A stretch of 64,000 bases of DNA, taken from the IMG/VR virus record IMGVR_UViG_3300043446_003177, positions 64,001 to 128,000 of that record, one strand, 5' to 3'. Below the pieces are notes generated by a model. The model was not told the origin of the DNA. It was given only the letters and a program-made list of their open reading frames with translations, and ran no database searches. A program made the position numbers and the translations under genes. Below, one piece after another: positions 59,582 through 64,000 of this stretch (position 1 is its first letter; each line of letters opens with the position of its first letter). The DNA comes from a virus.

Positions 59582-59587
59582 ATTATT

Positions 59588-61231
59588 ATGAGTGAAGTCT
59601 ATCTTGGTAATCCAAATCTTAAAAAAGCAAATACCCAAATTGAATTTACAGAAGATCAAATTATTGAATTCTTAAAATGTAAAGAAGATCCGGTTTACTT
59701 TGCAAAAAATTATGTAAAGATTGTAACTCTTGATTATGGTCTACAACCATTTAAACCATATCATTTCCAAGAGAAGTTAATTAATAATTTCCATAAGAAC
59801 AGATTTAATATCTGTAAGATGCCTCGACAGACAGGTAAATCCACTACAGTAGTGTCTTTCCTGCTCCACTATGCCGTCTTTAACGATAATGTTAACATAG
59901 GTATCCTAGCAAACAAAGCAGCGACCGCACGGGAGCTCCTGGATAGGTTACAGACTGCATATGAAAACCTACCCAAGTGGATGCAGCAAGGAATTATAGC
60001 TTGGAACAGAGGATCTCTTGAACTTGAAAATGGGTCAAAAATATTAGCGGCATCCACCTCTGCTTCCACAGTTCGTGGTATGTCTTTTAATATTATTTTC
60101 TTGGACGAATTTGCATTCGTCCCAAATCATATTGCCGACGATTTTTTTAGTTCGGTATATCCAACAATTTCTTCAGGTAAGTCCACAAAGGTTATAATCG
60201 TTTCAACTCCAAAGGGGATGAATCATTTTTACCGAATGTGGCATGATGCTGAAAGGGGTAAAAATGAATATGTATTTACCGACGTTCACTGGAGCGAAGT
60301 TCCAGGAAGAGATGAAAAGTGGAAAGAGCAGACAATTGCAAACACATCAGAACAGCAATTCAAAGTTGAGTTTGAATGTGAATTTTTAGGATCAGTAGAT
60401 ACTCTGATTGCGCCAAGCAAAATAAGAAATTTAGTATATGATCACCCAAGAAAAAGAAACGCAGGATTGGATGTTTATATAGATCCGCAAGAAAATCACG
60501 ATTATATTATTACAGTTGATGTTGCAAGAGGAGTTGGAAGTGATTACTCAGCTTTTGTAGTTGTGGATATAACACAGTTTCCACATAAGGTAGTTGCAAA
60601 ATACAGGAATAATGAAATCAAACCTATGCTATTTCCGAGTATCATTCACGAAGTAGCAAAGAGTTATAATAATGCTTATATTTTATGCGAAGTTAATGAT
60701 GTTGGAGATCAAGTTGCTAGTATTATCCAATATGATTTGGAATATAATAATTTACTCATGTGTTCTATGAGAGGAAGAGCCGGTCAAATTGTCGGACAAG
60801 GATTTTCTGGAAAGAAAACTCAACTCGGAGTTAAGATGTCCAAGACTGTTAAAAAGGTTGGATGCCTTAATTTAAAGACAATGATTGAGGAAGATAAGTT
60901 ACTCTTCAACGACTATGAAATTATAAGCGAACTAACAACATTCATTCAAAAACATAATTCCTTTGAAGCGGAAGAAGGATGTAATGATGATTTGGCGATG
61001 TGCCTGGTCATTTATGCTTGGTTAGTTGCTCAAGATTATTTTAAAGAATTAACTGATCAAGACGTTAGAAAAAGATTATACGAGGAGCAAAAAAATCAAA
61101 TAGAACAAGATATGTCTCCGTTTGGATTTATTATTGATGGTACAGAAGCCGATAGTTTTATAGATGCTGATGGAGACAGATGGTTTGCTGACGAATATGG
61201 AGATAGATCTTACATGTGGGAATATAGGTAA
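59588..61231 (+). CDS. gp17: terminase large subunit
   Basis: PRQTGKS Walker A, FLDEFAF Walker B, DVARG and DDLAM nuclease residues. Confidence 0.97.
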   Translation: MSEVYLGNPNLKKANTQIEFTEDQIIEFLKCKEDPVYFAKNYVKIVTLDYGLQPFKPYHFQEKLINNFHKNRFNICKMPRQTGKSTTVVSFLLHYAVFNDNVNIGILANKAATARELLDRLQTAYENLPKWMQQGIIAWNRGSLELENGSKILAASTSASTVRGMSFNIIFLDEFAFVPNHIADDFFSSVYPTISSGKSTKVIIVSTPKGMNHFYRMWHDAERGKNEYVFTDVHWSEVPGRDEKWKEQTIANTSEQQFKVEFECEFLGSVDTLIAPSKIRNLVYDHPRKRNAGLDVYIDPQENHDYIITVDVARGVGSDYSAFVVVDITQFPHKVVAKYRNNEIKPMLFPSIIHEVAKSYNNAYILCEVNDVGDQVASIIQYDLEYNNLLMCSMRGRAGQIVGQGFSGKKTQLGVKMSKTVKKVGCLNLKTMIEEDKLLFNDYEIISELTTFIQKHNSFEAEEGCNDDLAMCLVIYAWLVAQDYFKELTDQDVRKRLYEEQKNQIEQDMSPFGFIIDGTEADSFIDADGDRWFADEYGDRSYMWEYR

Positions 61232-61461
61232 TGGAAATTGATAAGCAATTAAAGTTAGGACATTTATTATTGGCGGATAGAACTTGCAGATGTTGTGGAG
61301 AAGTTAAGAATTTGATCGATGGATTTTATAGGACTCGTAAAAATAGAGGACCAGTAGCATCTTCGTATTCTTACGAATGTAAAGAATGTGCAATTAAAAG
61401 AATCATAAGAAGAAAATCTTTGCCAAAAAATACTTCTAAATGGGAATATCCTGACTGGTAG
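61231..61461 (+). CDS. small zinc-finger protein
   Basis: CRCC...FY...CKEC. Confidence 0.7.
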   Translation: MEIDKQLKLGHLLLADRTCRCCGEVKNLIDGFYRTRKNRGPVASSYSYECKECAIKRIIRRKSLPKNTSKWEYPDW

Positions 61462-61500
61462 TCAGTTCACGTCATGTTTCCCCCATGAAAAGTAACTTTT

Positions 61501-61509
61501 TAATAAATA
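61501..61509 (+). promoter_or_regulatory. T4-type late promoter
   Basis: TAATAAATA before gp18. Confidence 0.75.
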
Positions 61510-61543
61510 TTTTTTAGATAAACTGAGATTTACGGAGAAAAAC

Positions 61544-63817
61544 ATGGCGACTCCTCAATTATCTCCCGGTGTACTTATTAGGGAAGTTGACCTAACAGTA
61601 GGAAGGGCTGATAACGTATTTGAGAATACGGGTGGTATTTGTGCTCCTTTTTCAAAAGGACCAGTTAATGAGGTAATTGATGTTACCAGTGAGCAAGAGT
61701 TATTAAATGTTTATGGAAAACCACTTTCAACAGACAGACAATATGAGTGGTGGTTAAGTGCGTCTTCTTTCTTAACCTATGGTGGAAAATTAAAAACGGT
61801 AAGAATTGACGGAGATAACTTAAAAAATGCTATTGTAGGATCTTCATCATCAACTCCAGCAGTTAAGATTAGAAATTATGACGAATATAGCGAGAATTAT
61901 TCTGAGGCAGACGCAGTAAGTTTCTTATATGCTGCGAAGAATCCAGGAACCTGGGCAAATGGACTAAAAATTTGCACAATTGATGCTTTTGCTGATCAAA
62001 GGGTTGCAATTTCAACATCAGATCCAGTTGGTTCTGGAATAACTGTAGGCACAGAAATCTTTAAAAATTTAACAGCAGTATCAATTCCAGGTACTGGATC
62101 AACTACAACTTTCACAGGAAAACTTAGAGGAATTGTAGTTGGAATTAATTCCAGCACTACAGGAACTTCTACTGTAGACATTAAAATTTTATCTAGAGTA
62201 TCAACTGCAGGAACCACTTCAGGAACAGAAACTGCCATAGATTATGCTTCTGGAAGTTCTGTTGCAGCATTTAATCAGAATGATACTATTTCTTTCCAAA
62301 GACCTGGCGGAACAGTTTCATTAACTGGAATTGGAACTCAAGCAACAACAACTACAACATTAGGAGTAGTTCTTGACTGGTACAACGAGCAAACTTTAAA
62401 TTTAACAAATAATACAATTTATTGGAAATCACTTGCACCAAGACCAAAAACTACAAACTATTCTCTAGCAAGAGGTGGAAAAAATGATGAAATTCATTTA
62501 GTTGTTGTAGATGATACCGGAACTTTTACCGGAACAAAAGGAGCACTAGTTGAAAAGTTCGTAGGAATGTCGAAATCCTTAGATGCAATTTCTGAGGTTA
62601 ATTCTCCATCCAAGAATTGGTATAAATCCTATCTTGCTAACTTCTCATCGATACTTTACGCAGGAACTAATTTGTCCGGCGCTACTGGAGCGATAGCACC
62701 ACAATTTACAACAGTAAATTCTGGAATATCAACAACACCATCTACTCTCTCTGGAGGTGTATGGAATCAAGAAGCTCAAGGAATTTACTTCAACGTACTT
62801 GGTAACCAATCCTATACGTTGGGCGGAACAACAGTAGAAGGAACATCCTCATATTGGGGTGGAGTTGATTATGCAGCATCCACACAACCTGGACAATTTG
62901 CCGCTTCTCTTTCCGGATTAAACTCAGGTTATGCTCTGTTCGATAATGATGATGATAAGGTAGTTGATTTCCTCATTGGGGGTCCTGGATTACCTGATGA
63001 AACCGAATCACAAGCACACGCAATTAATCTGATCACAATTGCAGCAAATAGAAAAGATTGCCTTGCAGTAATTTCTCCACACAGATCAAATGTTTTAGGT
63101 GCCGCTGGTCCACTTGGGTCAGCAACACAAACTAATAATGTAAACAAATTCTTTAATGGAATTACGATTTCATCATCATATGGAGTCTTTGATAGTGGGT
63201 GGAAGTACACCTACGATAGATTTAACAATCAGTTTGTTTACATTCCATGCAATGCGGATACTGCAGGTTTGATGGTCAGAACATCACTCGACCAATATTC
63301 TTGGTATTCACCTGCTGGACAGCAAAGAGGTGTTCTAAACAATGCTATTAAACTAGCATACAACCCATCTAAAGCACAAAGAGACGCAATTTATCCAAAT
63401 AGAATTAATCCTATCATTTCTTCTCCTGGAACAGGAATTATTCTATTCGGTGATAAAACCGCCTTAACATATCAATCAGCATTTGATAGAATTAACGTTA
63501 GAAGACTTTTCATTACTCTAAAGAGAGCACTGAAGAGAGCTGCTGAGGCACAACTGTTTGAATTCAACGATTCAATCACAAGAGCAAACTTTGTAAATAT
63601 CGTTGAGCCATATCTACGTGATGTTCAGGCAAAGAGAGGTGTTTATGACTTCCTTGTTGTTTGCGATGAATCAAATAACACACCAGACATTATTGATAAC
63701 AATGAATTTAGAGCTGAAATTTATCTGAAGCCAGCGAAATCAATTAACTACGTTACACTCACGTTTGTTGCTACCCGCACTGGCGTTAGCTTTGACGAAG
63801 TAGTTGGAACAGTTTAA
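61544..63817 (+). CDS. gp18: tail sheath protein
   Basis: SPGVLIREVDLT, SPAG..RG, FDRINVRRLF, KPAKSINYV. Confidence 0.96.
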   Translation: MATPQLSPGVLIREVDLTVGRADNVFENTGGICAPFSKGPVNEVIDVTSEQELLNVYGKPLSTDRQYEWWLSASSFLTYGGKLKTVRIDGDNLKNAIVGSSSSTPAVKIRNYDEYSENYSEADAVSFLYAAKNPGTWANGLKICTIDAFADQRVAISTSDPVGSGITVGTEIFKNLTAVSIPGTGSTTTFTGKLRGIVVGINSSTTGTSTVDIKILSRVSTAGTTSGTETAIDYASGSSVAAFNQNDTISFQRPGGTVSLTGIGTQATTTTTLGVVLDWYNEQTLNLTNNTIYWKSLAPRPKTTNYSLARGGKNDEIHLVVVDDTGTFTGTKGALVEKFVGMSKSLDAISEVNSPSKNWYKSYLANFSSILYAGTNLSGATGAIAPQFTTVNSGISTTPSTLSGGVWNQEAQGIYFNVLGNQSYTLGGTTVEGTSSYWGGVDYAASTQPGQFAASLSGLNSGYALFDNDDDKVVDFLIGGPGLPDETESQAHAINLITIAANRKDCLAVISPHRSNVLGAAGPLGSATQTNNVNKFFNGITISSSYGVFDSGWKYTYDRFNNQFVYIPCNADTAGLMVRTSLDQYSWYSPAGQQRGVLNNAIKLAYNPSKAQRDAIYPNRINPIISSPGTGIILFGDKTALTYQSAFDRINVRRLFITLKRALKRAAEAQLFEFNDSITRANFVNIVEPYLRDVQAKRGVYDFLVVCDESNNTPDIIDNNEFRAEIYLKPAKSINYVTLTFVATRTGVSFDEVVGTV

Positions 63818-63858
63818 GTAAATTAATTGCTTAAGATTTAACAAAGGAGGAATTTAAA

Positions 63859-64000
63859 ATGTCTACTCTCAGAACAATTACAGGATTTAAAGAAAGACTT
63901 GCTGGTGGTGGTGCTAGGCCCAATCTATTTGAAGTTTCCATTCCATCATTTCCAAGAACTTTAGGTGTTACTTGGGACAATGAGTCTGTAAGAACTTTCA
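63859..64000 (+). CDS. gp19: tail tube protein (5-prime part, runs off the window)
   Basis: AGGAGG RBS; GGGARPNLFEV motif. Confidence 0.9.
   Translation, partial: MSTLRTITGFKERLAGGGARPNLFEVSIPSFPRTLGVTWDNESVRTF

Noticed and set aside
61231-61461. Homing endonuclease after gp17
   Set aside because: Only a 76-aa Cys finger with no HNH, GIY-YIG or EndoVII catalytic motif; gp17 is uninterrupted
30421-63210. Short minus-strand and alternate-frame ORFs inside structural genes
   Set aside because: They lie within conserved T4-like genes and show no recognisable motifs
1-64000. tRNA, rRNA, psbA/hli genes, introns, transposases
   Set aside because: None recognised by eye; intergenic gaps show no cloverleaf pattern, although tRNAscan-SE was not run

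Overview
This is a 64 kb segment of a T4-like cyanobacterial myophage (Kyanoviridae-type, probably freshwater). Essentially all real genes lie on the + strand. (1) 1-11.9 kb is a dense, translationally coupled string of small hypothetical ORFs plus host-like genes: two cupins, a truncated UDP-glucose dehydrogenase, a DenV-like glycosylase, petF ferredoxin and an FkbM methyltransferase. (2) 11.9-25.3 kb is an early/host-takeover region built from repeated promoter-plus-gene cassettes. Thirteen promoters carry a degenerate 22-24 bp palindrome (consensus GTG(C/A)CAGTT-N4-AACTG(G/T)C(C)AC) whose right arm starts 39-41 nt before the -10 box and which usually overlaps the end of the preceding gene. 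The distal, GC-rich cassettes share TGCTACAATACTCTCAA and a non-SD CAAMCGACCC leader. Cassette cargo includes an HTH protein, a KxDG ligase-like protein, a restriction-endonuclease-like nuclease, a DNA methyltransferase, an orphan HicA, a KTSC-like protein and many acidic mini-proteins. Inside this region, at 18.0-18.65 kb, is a non-coding, helically phased array of TCTCG-W-CGAGA palindromes interleaved with sigma70 promoters and next to an AT-rich tract; it is a candidate origin or operator array. (3) 25.4-64 kb is the AT-rich late/structural module: gp25, gp6, giant gp7, gp8, a VrlC-like protein, gp13-gp18 and the start of gp19. It also holds proteins with T4 capsid-targeting-like N-termini and a modular, probably protease-processed polyprotein. 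All protein calls come from motif recognition by eye, not from database searches.
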